Shown piece after piece: positions 10,493 to 20,599 of a DNA stretch of 64,000 nucleotides. The stretch is from NCBI GenBank assembly GCA_963665665.1, contig OY762428.1, forward strand, positions 3,488,001 to 3,552,000, given 5' to 3'. A model generated the notes under the pieces. That model made no database searches and was not told where the DNA came from. It saw only the letters and a program-made list of their open reading frames with translations. Source of the DNA: Candidatus Kapaibacterium sp. (GTDB taxonomy: Bacteria; Bacteroidota; Ignavibacteria; Kapaibacteriales; UBA2268). A program made the translations under genes and the position numbers. The stretch's first letter is position 1. The number at the start of each line of letters is the position of its first letter.

Positions 10493-10545
10493 GAAATATT
10501 GTCATTCCTTGGGGGTGTGGACCTTGTCCCCCCCTATATTTTACA

Positions 10546-10580
10546 AATGCCGCCGGGCTTATCAGCAGGGCGGCATTTTG
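10546..10580 (+). terminator. Rho-independent terminator
   Basis: AAATGCCGCC...GGCGGCATTTT hairpin after the 7373-10492 gene. Confidence 0.7.
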
Positions 10581-11087
10581 TGTTTTATTGAAAATGAATA
10601 GGAATGTCTCCCGTTGGCGGGGGTGTCCGAAGGACGGGGGTGGATTTCTTTTTCTTGCTTTCAAACATCGGTGAAATGCCTCTGACCCTTCCTACCTCCC
10701 CCCGACCCCCTCCTTCGGAAGGAGGGGGAGTTAATTCCATGATATTTAACTTCTTATCCCCTCCTAATGTAGGAGGGGATTATAGGGGTGGTTTCTTCAT
10801 ACATTATCTGGCGAACAAAGATGGATTCTTCCGTCGCTTCGCTCCGTCAGAATGACAACATAATACTTCCTTCTCCGGCCCTTTCCCCCCGTTCTTCCAC
10901 CGCAATTAACCAAGCACCGGCCTTAATTCCCCATCCTGTGGTTTCAATGAACCTGATAATTTCCTTAATTCAAAGCTGTTTTGCTCCAGAATCCTGATAT
11001 TTGGGCTAATTGCTTTGTTGGCAGGGCTTTATACTGCCTTGTCCGGAGGTATTGAAGCATTGTTTTGCCTTAATGTAGTGATATTTG

Positions 11088-11276
11088 GCTTCATTGCTCA
11101 CTTGTTTCACCTCAATGATGTCTTGTTCGGATTCATTGATGTCTTGTCCGGTCTCATTGCTCACTTGTTCTGCATCACTGTTGTCTTGTTCCGCTTCATT
11201 GATGTCTTGTTCTGCCTCATTGCTCACTTGTATGGCTTCATTGCTCACTTGTCCGGCTTCATTGCTTGCTTGTTTG
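11088..11276 (-). repeat. 21-bp degenerate tandem array A, 9 units (consensus ~RAACAAGNNANCAATGAAGCN)
   Basis: Units such as AAACAAGCAAGCAATGAAGCC and GAACAAGACATCAATGAAGCG on the minus strand. Confidence 0.85.
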
Positions 11277-11850
11277 GCATTGAAATCCCGAAGATAGAGA
11301 TGAGAATAGTCTATAGATAGAACTGATAATCAAATATTCAATCTAAAATACTATATATTATACTATTTGTATTAAATATATAGTATTTATAATAATTTAT
11401 ATAATATATCCAAGCCTTGATATAGTTCATCTAACAAAACTTTTTATATAAATAACTAAATATTATATACATATAATTAAATAATTGGTATGATTTATTA
11501 AATTAATTTTATAAACTATTAAATATCAGTATTAACCTATTAATTAATTAGTATATCTAATTTGTTAGAACAATTAAATATATCCTTGGATACATAATTA
11601 ATTTTATAAAAAGAGAATAATAAATAATACTATTTAGTGATTAATGACTTGTATGAATTATTAATTTGATTAATTATATTATTAATATTGTAAATCTATA
11701 TGATTATTTAATAATCTGATAAATATATTTATTACAAACACTTAAATATTTACTAATTCTTATAATATATTTTATTATTCAAATATTATAAATAATAAAA
11801 TCAGTTAAATATTCCGGATTCCAACGCTACACAAGCAATCATTACCACCA

Positions 11851-12312
11851 AACAAGGCAGCAATGCCTACAAACAAGGCGACAATGCCTCCAAACAAGGC
11901 AACAATAAAATCAACCATCGGTGCAATGGCGTCAAACATTGGTGCAATGCTTCTGAACAAGGCAGCAATAACTTCAAACAAGACAACCATAATTCCTAAC
12001 AAGGCGACAATGCCTCCAAACAAGGCAACAATAAAATCAAACATCGGTGCAATGGCGTCAAACAAGGCAACAATAACTCCTAACAAGGCGACAATAGCTT
12101 CAAACATCGGTGCAATGGCGTCAAACATTGGTGCAATGCTTCTGAACAAGGTAGCAATGACTCCTAACAAAGCATCAATGACTCCTAACAAGGCATCATT
12201 ATCTTCAAACAAGGCAGCAATAACTTCGAACAAAGCGACAATACTTTCGAACATCTGTACTTTGCCTCTAAACAAGGCATCAATGACTTAGAACATCGGT
12301 TCTTTGCTTTCG
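11851..12312 (+). repeat. 21-bp degenerate tandem array B, 22 units (consensus ~AACAAGGCAGCAATGACTCCN)
   Basis: Strict 21-bp period of AACAAG/AACATC anchors. Confidence 0.9.
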
Positions 12313-12761
12313 ACCCTTCCTACCTCACCCCGGCCCCCTCCTTCGAAAGGAGGGGGAGTTAATTCTATGATATTTAACTTCTTATCCCCTCCTAAAGTAG
12401 GAGGGGAGTACAGGGGAGGTTTTCTTTCTTTGCTTCCGACCAAGGCAGCAATGACTCCGACCCCTCCCAAACCCTCCCCGAAGGAGAGGGCTTTGAAGTA
12501 AAACAAGGCAGCAATAGAATAAACCATTGGTTCTTTGCTTTCGCCTCTTCCTATCTCTCACTGGCCTTCTCCTTCGAAAGGAGGGGGAGTTAATTCTATG
12601 TTATTTAACTTCTTATCCCCTCCTTGCGGAGGAGTGGATTATAGAGGTGGTTTTCTTTCTTTGCTTCCGAACATTACATCTATTTCCACGAGATAGAGAA
12701 CGCGGCTATTGATTATTAGGATGCTAAGTCCGGGATGTCATCCTGAAACGGCTGGTCGGGA

Positions 12762-13628
12762 TCACAGCTTATTATCGAGAATATATTGTGTATTCAGGCG
12801 GGGGTCCTTATAGCCGGGGCTGATTTTCAGGGCTTTGGAAAAATGTTCCAGGGCCTTGTTATACCTGCCAATTCTTGCAAGGGCAAATCCTGTTTTGTTC
12901 TCATTCTCAGCGTAGGCATAATCTCTGCGTACAGTTGAAAGGAATAATTCCTCGTCATAATAATTGAGATCGAAATTACCTGCTTCGAGGAAAGCCTTTA
13001 TCCTGCTTTTTTCATCTTCATCTCTCCTGTAGCGGTAGCATGAGAAAATCAGCATATCATGGTAATAAGCTGCCATATCTTCCCTGTAATCAAGTGCTTT
13101 TTTGAAGAATGTATACGAATTTTCCCAGTTAGCTGTATTCATGTAGTAAATGCCTCTCTTCATAGGCTTATCTATCATGTAGCGGTTAGCATTATCAGAT
13201 TTTTCAAAATTTGCTAAAGCTCCGAGGCTGTCCTTGTTTTTCAGGCTGATAATTGCCAGGTTATTATAAATGTCTGCACTGTCTGCATGTTTCATAGTGA
13301 GTGCTTTTTTTAATGATTGCCTGGCTTCGTCTATCAGATTTAGTTTTATCATGCTTACTGCCGCGTTATTATGAGCGGCTGCTGAATTAGGCATTTCTTC
13401 TATTGCTTTGCGGTATTTTATTATTGCTTCCCGGTCGTTGCCGTTTTGGGACAGCGCCATGGCTTCTTCGAGCGTATAATTTACTTCCTGTTCCCTGTTG
13501 CCTTCAGTAATGCTTTGAAGAAATGGTGGATCGATTAATATAATGGCTGCTGAAATAGCTATGAATACATATATGCCAATTAGTGTTAACGAAATCGCTT
13601 TATCTGAAACTATCGGTTTGTTTTCCAT
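12762..13628 (-). CDS. Membrane-anchored TPR protein
   Basis: N-terminal TM followed by TPR motifs (AHNNAAVSMIKLN, IYNNLAII, KALEHFSKALKISP). Confidence 0.8.
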   Translation of the reverse strand: MENKPIVSDKAISLTLIGIYVFIAISAAIILIDPPFLQSITEGNREQEVNYTLEEAMALSQNGNDREAIIKYRKAIEEMPNSAAAHNNAAVSMIKLNLIDEARQSLKKALTMKHADSADIYNNLAIISLKNKDSLGALANFEKSDNANRYMIDKPMKRGIYYMNTANWENSYTFFKKALDYREDMAAYYHDMLIFSCYRYRRDEDEKSRIKAFLEAGNFDLNYYDEELFLSTVRRDYAYAENENKTGFALARIGRYNKALEHFSKALKISPGYKDPRLNTQYILDNKL

Positions 13629-13629
13629 A

Positions 13630-14901
13630 TCAGTGGTGGTATATTAATATCACATTTTTATTATTTTTTTTTAGCCTGTTGAATTCTTCAATGGCCTTTT
13701 TGTTTTCAAGTATAGCAAGCTGTGTGCCCCTGCCGGTATTCGGGTTGTATATGAATTGCGGTACCCTTGTACTTTTTATTGCTTCAAGCCCCTGACCGCC
13801 AATATTGTTCTTTCCTTTGGAAAATATCAGGATGTCAGGTTCTTTTTTCAGTATTGTCTGCAAATCAACCGAGTTAAAATAATCTTTTTTATCAACCAGC
13901 CTGAACCAACCATCCGAATAAAGCATTACATCAAAATATATAATTGGCAGGCCACGGTAAAGAATTGTATTCTCTCCGGAATATTCAGCGCCTGAATCAG
14001 AATTACTAACAGCAGAATAAATAACTGAAATGATTACTAATGCACTAATAACAGATATAGCATATTTTCCGATTTTAATTGTCGTGAGATGAATCAGGAT
14101 TAATAAAACAATTGTTATTGCAAGGCTTATGGAAACAGCTTCAAATATCAAAGCGGTATCGGTTAAAAATGAGGATACTGATACAAGTGCTATCGCGAAG
14201 ATCATATAAATAAACAACAGGGATATGGGATTCCTGAAATAATCTCCGATTTTTTTGTTTCTAATATTTTTGAAATTATCAAGTATTCTACCATTTTCGA
14301 TAAAAAATAATACAAAAATAATTCCCATTACTGAACCGAATGAATCTTTGGCAATATCACATAAATCAAATATTCTGTTTGAAATAAAGTATTGGAATCC
14401 CTCATCAATTGCAGAAATAATCAATGCTTTGAAGAATATTATTGTGATTAGTTTGTTATATGGAAGATTTTTATGCTTCAATGCACGGTACATAACAAAA
14501 GCGAAAAGTCCGTATGCAATGTAGTGCCAGTTCTGCTGAAGGTCAAAGAAAGAAAGATCAAGATAATAATCGCTTACATTATGCCCGATGAAAACCATGA
14601 TTATAATATAAGCAAGGGATATTGTGCGCGAGGCTGAAAGTTTCCCAAGATTCGGGATTAAACCAATAAGGCCCAGAACAATAACAACTGACAGTATTAT
14701 AGGTATATTAATATCAAATAATGAAAATGAAAGATGTGATAATTCCCTGATGGAAGTTTGAAGGTAATTAGTAACCATCAAAAAAGGTGTAATAATCAGC
14801 AGCATATCGAAAAGGATGATATTTACTGCCGGGCTGAAAACTTTTGTATTTTTATTATTTTTTGTCATTGCCTTTGTCTTTTGAATTACAATATTTCTCA
14901 A
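13630..14901 (-). CDS. Multi-pass membrane protein with VanZ-like segment and C-terminal Mth938-like domain; likely start ~14868
   Basis: HYIAYGLF...DEGFQYFISNRIFDLCD (VanZ-like); PDILIFSKG...KAIEEFNRL...VILIYHH (Mth938/DUF498-like). Confidence 0.65.
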   Translation of the reverse strand: MRNIVIQKTKAMTKNNKNTKVFSPAVNIILFDMLLIITPFLMVTNYLQTSIRELSHLSFSLFDINIPIILSVVIVLGLIGLIPNLGKLSASRTISLAYIIIMVFIGHNVSDYYLDLSFFDLQQNWHYIAYGLFAFVMYRALKHKNLPYNKLITIIFFKALIISAIDEGFQYFISNRIFDLCDIAKDSFGSVMGIIFVLFFIENGRILDNFKNIRNKKIGDYFRNPISLLFIYMIFAIALVSVSSFLTDTALIFEAVSISLAITIVLLILIHLTTIKIGKYAISVISALVIISVIYSAVSNSDSGAEYSGENTILYRGLPIIYFDVMLYSDGWFRLVDKKDYFNSVDLQTILKKEPDILIFSKGKNNIGGQGLEAIKSTRVPQFIYNPNTGRGTQLAILENKKAIEEFNRLKKNNKNVILIYHH

Positions 14902-16315
14902 TATATTCCATTGCCGGTTTAAAACCGAGATTAAAAGATTTATTCCAGCTTTTACATGCTTCGGATTCTTTTCCCATCATATATTGCGCGTTGGCAAGGT
15001 TATACCATCCCTGTGAAAATTCAGGGTCAATCTTTACGGATTTTTTGAAATCAGGTAATGCTCTGTCTGTTTTTTTCATATTCATATAAGCGTTGCCACG
15101 GCTATTGTATGCGTCCCTGAAACTATCATTAAGTGATATAACTTTGCTATAATCCTTTACAGCTCCTTTCAGGTCACCCGTGTCAAATTTAGCTTCGCCA
15201 CGAAGATAATAAGCATCTACAAATTTCCTGTCAAATTTTATTGCTTTGTCATATTCCTTTATTGCTCCGGCAGGATTCTTTTTATCTCTTTTTATATTAC
15301 CAAGCTGGAAAAAAGCTACCGGGTTTACCGGATTTATCCTTGTACTTGTTATAAGGTCTTTTTCAGCTTTATTAATTTCTCCCAATCTGTAAAAAGCTAT
15401 TCCCCGGGCCAGGAACACCTCCTGATTTTTCAATCCAAACTCTATTGCTTTGCTGTAATCTTCAGCTGCGCCTTTGAAATCATTTTTATCCATTCTGGCC
15501 AAAGCCCTGTTCTGATAAGCGTCAATATTTTTCGGATTTTTTCTTAGCGCTTCGGTGAAATCGGAAATGGCATCGTCGTATTGTCTGATTTTATACCTGA
15601 TTATTCCCCTGTTCAGGTAAAGGCCTGGTATTTTATTGTTAAGTTCAATGGCCCTGCTTAAATCGTATTCAGCTTCGGTGTTCAATCCAATATTTGATTT
15701 GGCTACACCGCGGCTCATATAAGCTTCGGCAAAATCGGGGAGCAGCTTGATAGACATATCGTAATCTTTTATTGCTTTTTTATCGTTTTTAATATTGGCA
15801 TAAGCCACTGCACGGTTGTACCATGTGTAACCGTTCGTCGGGTCAAGGTTAAGAGCGTGATTGAAATCTTCAATGGCTTCTTTATCCTTTCCCAAATCCA
15901 TTAGGACGTATGCTCTGTTCTCGTAGCTGCTGACAATAGTGGAGTCCAGTTTGACAGCCATGGAATAATCGTTGATTGCTCCTGTATCATTTCCAAGATT
16001 GTGTTTTGCGTTACCTCTGTAAATGTATAAACCTGCTATATCAGGCTTAATAGAAATCGATTTATCATAATCTTTCAGGGCTTGCTTTTTATTTCCGAGT
16101 TCAAACCATGCTTTTGCCCTGCCCGCATATAAGATATGTTCGTCGGGTGTTTGTGCAATAGCACTGTCGTAGTACCTGATTGCTGTTTCCCATTGTTCGA
16201 TTTTAAGCAGTTCCGCAGCTTTGTTATGGAAAGTATAGTCCTGCTGTGCCTGAACATTGGTAATCACTAAAATAAGGCCTGTTAATAATAGGTAAATGAA
16301 TTTTTTTATTGACAT
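14855..16315 (-). CDS. Secreted TPR-repeat protein
   Basis: Signal peptide plus a long run of 34-aa TPRs (AY..RG.AK...GD..GA..DYSKAI.L.P). Confidence 0.9.
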   Translation of the reverse strand: MSIKKFIYLLLTGLILVITNVQAQQDYTFHNKAAELLKIEQWETAIRYYDSAIAQTPDEHILYAGRAKAWFELGNKKQALKDYDKSISIKPDIAGLYIYRGNAKHNLGNDTGAINDYSMAVKLDSTIVSSYENRAYVLMDLGKDKEAIEDFNHALNLDPTNGYTWYNRAVAYANIKNDKKAIKDYDMSIKLLPDFAEAYMSRGVAKSNIGLNTEAEYDLSRAIELNNKIPGLYLNRGIIRYKIRQYDDAISDFTEALRKNPKNIDAYQNRALARMDKNDFKGAAEDYSKAIEFGLKNQEVFLARGIAFYRLGEINKAEKDLITSTRINPVNPVAFFQLGNIKRDKKNPAGAIKEYDKAIKFDRKFVDAYYLRGEAKFDTGDLKGAVKDYSKVISLNDSFRDAYNSRGNAYMNMKKTDRALPDFKKSVKIDPEFSQGWYNLANAQYMMGKESEACKSWNKSFNLGFKPAMEYIEKYCNSKDKGNDKK

Positions 16316-16454
16316 ATCAAATTTTCCGTGGCATATTTTATAATAAATTCCAATTTTGAAATTAGTGATTATTTGAATTAAAACAAAATTGGCCGGAATA
16401 TATTTTTCCCTTTGTATATCAAATTATTTGAGATGAAGTATCCTTTTTATATTT

Positions 16455-17033
16455 TTGCATTTTATCATCAACAAAAATACAGCCATGGATTGGAAAAAAA
16501 TACTTAACGACTCAGGGAAGAAAACAATATACAGGGTGGCCGGTATTGCCGGCACTGATGCGAATGCTTTCGAACAGCTTCTGGAGCTTTCGCTTACCGA
16601 TAAATCGCCAATGTGCAATCGGGCTGCCCGGGCGATGTATCTGTGCCTTGAGAAAGATATTTTTTTAATTGAGCCACACGTGGGCAGAATAGTTAGAACA
16701 TTGCCTGATTTGAAGAATGAAAGCTTACGTGGAAATTTTATAAAAATGTTCACTATTTGCAACCTGCCGGAGGATGAAGATGACCTTGGAGGTATGATTA
16801 ATATTTGCTTTGATTTTATGAACATGAGTATGAAAAGAATAGCTGCAAAAATATATAGTATGGAAGTCCTTTACAGGATTTGTGAATTTCTGCCTGAACT
16901 AAAAGGTGAATTGTACTGGACAATAAAAAATCAAATGCCGTATTCAACACCGGGCTTTATTAGCCGGGGCAGAAAAATTATCAAAAAATTGAATTATTCT
17001 CCTGATGATGAGTATATTTCAGAAATGGAGTAA
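16455..17033 (+). CDS. Hypothetical alpha-helical protein; likely start ~16485 (MDWKK)
   Basis: ORF with HEAT/ARM-like composition; no catalytic motif recognised. Confidence 0.65.
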   Translation: MHFIINKNTAMDWKKILNDSGKKTIYRVAGIAGTDANAFEQLLELSLTDKSPMCNRAARAMYLCLEKDIFLIEPHVGRIVRTLPDLKNESLRGNFIKMFTICNLPEDEDDLGGMINICFDFMNMSMKRIAAKIYSMEVLYRICEFLPELKGELYWTIKNQMPYSTPGFISRGRKIIKKLNYSPDDEYISEME

Positions 17034-17097
17034 CGAAACTTCGTTAAATTTGTTTATCTTATATATTAGATTGACTTAAAATTATTATGGTGTAAAT

Positions 17098-19968
17098 ATG
17101 ATGAAACTAAGAATATCAATAGCAGTTCTTTTTGTAATAATATTTTCTGATTTTTCCTTTGCTTCTGATAAACCAACTTATGAAATACTGGAAGCTGATG
17201 CTTTAGCTGGTCGTACAGCTCCGGTTCTTGCTCATCATGTTATGGTAAGGTTCAAAGCTCTTGATAAAGGCTTTTACAATCTTAAAAAGCTTCCCGCTAA
17301 TATTGATGCAAAAATACTCAGGCAGGCGTTGCCATATAAAAATTCAAGCATGGGCAGTAATGATCTTCAGTTTAAAAAAAGAGTAACAAATCAAATTTTA
17401 AAAACTGAAGAACCGCTTCTCAGAACGTATGTTCTATATTATGAAGAAGATATAGCTCCTGAAAAATATTGCCGTAAGTTGTTAGCAGAAAATCCTTCTA
17501 TCGAAATTGCCGAACCATATTATCTTGCTGAAAGAATGATGTCTCCAAACGATCCTCTTTTTTCTTCTCAGGGTATGTTACTCAGAATCATGGCTCCCGA
17601 TGCATGGAACAGTTTTCAGGGAGATACAAGTGTAGTAATTGCGATAAGCGATAACGGGGTTTTCCAGGAACATGAGGATATCAGGAACTCGATTGCACCG
17701 AACTGGGAAGAAATTCCTGATAATGACAGAGATGATGATTCAAACGGTTACGTGGATGATTACCGGGGATATAATTTTACTTCCGAAATGGATCATTCGG
17801 ACAAAGGCGATACCTGGCATACCGATAATCACGGTACGGCAGTAGCAGGAATATGCGGGGCAACATTCAATAACGAAATTGGTATGGTCGGGACTGCCGG
17901 TAAATGCAGAATATTTCCAATAAAGACTTCACCACTTGGCGAAAACCAGTATATTTTGTACAGCTATGAATCAATCCTTTATGCCGCAGCCCGAAAGGTT
18001 AAAGTTCTTAACTGCAGCTGGGGAACTCAGAAAGAATTTTCCGAACTGCATCAGTCATACATAGATTATGCTGTTGCTAACGACGTTGCTATTGTTGCTT
18101 CAGGGGGTAATGGCGGCGGAAGCCTGGTTCCTTATTATCCAGCTAATTATTTTGGAGTTCTTGGTGTTGGTGAAGTTAATCAATATGATAATGTAACCTA
18201 TTCGTCATCTATGGGTGAAGCTATTGATATAATGGCCCAGGGCGAAGACAATTATTATACCGATAATGATAATGCTACTGATTATGAAAATCGTGGTTTT
18301 GGGGGGACATCTGCTGCTGCACCTGTTGTATCCGGCGTTGTTGCTATGGTCAGGGCTAAATTTCCTTACCTGGGGCCGATTCAGGCTTTGGAAGTTGTTC
18401 GGCAACAGACAGATGATATTGTTGATGAAAATTATTCCTGGCAGGATATCATTCCGGGAAGGGTTAACATGTACAAAGCAATAAACTGCAGTCCATATTC
18501 TTTTCCTGGGATAAGACCGAAAGGATATGACTTATATACTGAATCCGGAGTAAAAACCAAAAGATTCAATCCGGGTGATAAAGTTACTATGAAAATTAAT
18601 GCCATGAACCATCTCGGAGCTGCTGATAACCTGACATTTAAAATTAGTGTATTAAGAGATTATGCTAATACGGTTACTCTCATCGATTCTGTCGTATCTG
18701 GTGTATCGGTTGATCAAAGCACACCTTTTATAATTGAAGATTTTAGTTTTATAATGAATACATGGAACGAAGAAAGAATCCTATTCAGAGTTGATATTTA
18801 CGGAGATAATAGCTATCGGGATTTCTTTCTGCTGTCATACCAAAGCGGAACAAAAATTACAAATTTTGAAAATGATGCCATAATTTTCAGCGTTTCTGAT
18901 CGGGGAAAATTGGGCTTTGGTGGAATAAATGACGATCGGCAGGGGTTGGGCTTTGTTTTGAAAGGATATGAAAATGCTATTTATCGCGCGGGTATTATCA
19001 TTACCGAAAGTGATGATAAATCAGTTTCTTCTTTGTTTGGAACCGGCCCGGAAAATAATGATTTTGCTATCGAAAAGCAGTTTATTGAACCTGATATGAA
19101 CATAGGTATTATTAATGATTCAAAGGCTTATACCCAAAGCCAAATTGGAGTTCGTATCCGACAGGAATTCATTGTCCCTGATGGGAACTGGTCGGTTGCA
19201 AAAGTTAAAATGACAGTCGAGAATATTTCAGGCGGAGATCTGGAAAATCTGGCTTACGGATATTTCTTTGATTGGGACTTGGGAGTTGATTCTGACTATA
19301 ATCGTGTCAGGTTGTTTAGCGAGGCTACCGAAGATATTGACGGAGCTGTTGCAGCAGCTGAACTTGCATGGGATCCGAATATTGATTCAGTTCCATTTTA
19401 TGCCGTGGCTGCAATTTCTGAAGAAGAGGGAGCTATTGCGCAGGCAGCAGGAACAAATTATACCTATACATATAATTTTTCTGTTGCTGACAGGATAGAA
19501 ACCCTGAGCAGCGGAACAAGCAAGCAATTGGAGTCTGTTGACGATATTAGTATGCTTGTTGGAATGAATTTTCCCGGAACATTTGCCAATGGCGACACAA
19601 AGAAATGCGATATTTGCTTTGGTGCTGCGCTAACCGAAGCTGACCTTGAGCGGCAGATAGAAGCCTGCCTGAAGGATGATTTTACAGGCGTTGTAGTATC
19701 GTCATTTCCCGGAGGTATGAAAATGGATATTGGGCCGCAACCTGCAGAAGAATATTTAAATATCGGGTTTAATATTCCGAAAGTAAGTGACATAAGTATT
19801 CGGATCAGCGATTTGAATGGAACAATTGTTTACAAATTGAATGATATCGCACAGCAGGGAATATTATCATATCCCGTAAATTTGGCAAAATTCCAATCCG
19901 GGGTTTATTTTGTACAGACGGTAGTTGGCAGCGAAGTTCTAAATGGGAAATTTGTAGTTTTAAAATAA
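17098..19968 (+). CDS. S8 (subtilisin-like) serine peptidase with T9SS sorting domain
   Basis: Triad VIAISDNG / HGTAVAG / GGTSAAAP, oxyanion-hole ASGGN; C-terminal GPQPA...SGVYFV...KFVVLK. Confidence 0.9.
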   Translation: MMKLRISIAVLFVIIFSDFSFASDKPTYEILEADALAGRTAPVLAHHVMVRFKALDKGFYNLKKLPANIDAKILRQALPYKNSSMGSNDLQFKKRVTNQILKTEEPLLRTYVLYYEEDIAPEKYCRKLLAENPSIEIAEPYYLAERMMSPNDPLFSSQGMLLRIMAPDAWNSFQGDTSVVIAISDNGVFQEHEDIRNSIAPNWEEIPDNDRDDDSNGYVDDYRGYNFTSEMDHSDKGDTWHTDNHGTAVAGICGATFNNEIGMVGTAGKCRIFPIKTSPLGENQYILYSYESILYAAARKVKVLNCSWGTQKEFSELHQSYIDYAVANDVAIVASGGNGGGSLVPYYPANYFGVLGVGEVNQYDNVTYSSSMGEAIDIMAQGEDNYYTDNDNATDYENRGFGGTSAAAPVVSGVVAMVRAKFPYLGPIQALEVVRQQTDDIVDENYSWQDIIPGRVNMYKAINCSPYSFPGIRPKGYDLYTESGVKTKRFNPGDKVTMKINAMNHLGAADNLTFKISVLRDYANTVTLIDSVVSGVSVDQSTPFIIEDFSFIMNTWNEERILFRVDIYGDNSYRDFFLLSYQSGTKITNFENDAIIFSVSDRGKLGFGGINDDRQGLGFVLKGYENAIYRAGIIITESDDKSVSSLFGTGPENNDFAIEKQFIEPDMNIGIINDSKAYTQSQIGVRIRQEFIVPDGNWSVAKVKMTVENISGGDLENLAYGYFFDWDLGVDSDYNRVRLFSEATEDIDGAVAAAELAWDPNIDSVPFYAVAAISEEEGAIAQAAGTNYTYTYNFSVADRIETLSSGTSKQLESVDDISMLVGMNFPGTFANGDTKKCDICFGAALTEADLERQIEACLKDDFTGVVVSSFPGGMKMDIGPQPAEEYLNIGFNIPKVSDISIRISDLNGTIVYKLNDIAQQGILSYPVNLAKFQSGVYFVQTVVGSEVLNGKFVVLK

Positions 19969-19984
19969 TTGAATTATAATTGGT

Positions 19985-20596
19985 TCAATCATTGGGATTA
20001 AATAATCTATCAACCCAGGTAACAAATTTTTTGCAAAGCATGGCATTAGCATCAAGATATGTCTTTGTGATAGCCTGTCCCATTGGCGAGCCGGGTTCTT
20101 TCTGCCATGCGAGCCATGTATGAATAATTGCTTTTGGGCTTTGTACTTTTGGGTATCTGTTTAGATTTTGCTTTTCAATCTCTGTGGTAATTTCCTGGGC
20201 AACAGGCAGGAGTTTATCATCCTGTGGAATTAAATATTTTACAAAATCTTCAAGCATACCCTTGCGATTATTGTCCGGCATAATCCATATACCAATTCGG
20301 GGATAAACTGAATTTTCAATAATTGTACCATCCTGATAAGGTTTCTCAGGTATATCATAATCGAATTTTTTAAGAATAGCTGTTAATTTATCCCATTTGG
20401 ATTTTATGTTAGTATCAGCGTCAATGACAATACCGATATTATCTATATCAGTTTTCAATTCTATAGGAATAGATCTAAATATCGAACTTCCTGATTTATC
20501 TTCAATAACGAATGACTCTGTTGTACCGTGTCTTTCAAAAATTCTGTAAAAGACATGCTTTTCGTCATTTCCTTCAACTAATAATTTACCTCTCAT
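19985..20596 (-). CDS. DUF3226-like TOPRIM-fold protein
   Basis: LLVEGNDE, GIVIDAD, GIWIMPDN..GMLEDF, KAIIHTWLAWQKEPG motifs. Confidence 0.8.
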   Translation of the reverse strand: MRGKLLVEGNDEKHVFYRIFERHGTTESFVIEDKSGSSIFRSIPIELKTDIDNIGIVIDADTNIKSKWDKLTAILKKFDYDIPEKPYQDGTIIENSVYPRIGIWIMPDNNRKGMLEDFVKYLIPQDDKLLPVAQEITTEIEKQNLNRYPKVQSPKAIIHTWLAWQKEPGSPMGQAITKTYLDANAMLCKKFVTWVDRLFNPND

Positions 20597-20599
20597 AGC

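Larger units (their letters stand above)
10600..12715. repeat. Composite dispersed element, copy 1: REP hairpins - 21-bp array A - AT-rich core - 21-bp array B - REP hairpins
   Basis: Homologous in inverted orientation to 40584-43047 and partly to 52690-54002. Confidence 0.85.

Noticed and set aside
11300-11815. Chromosomal oriC
   Set aside because: The core is present twice, contains no DnaA-box cluster, and dnaA/dnaN are not nearby
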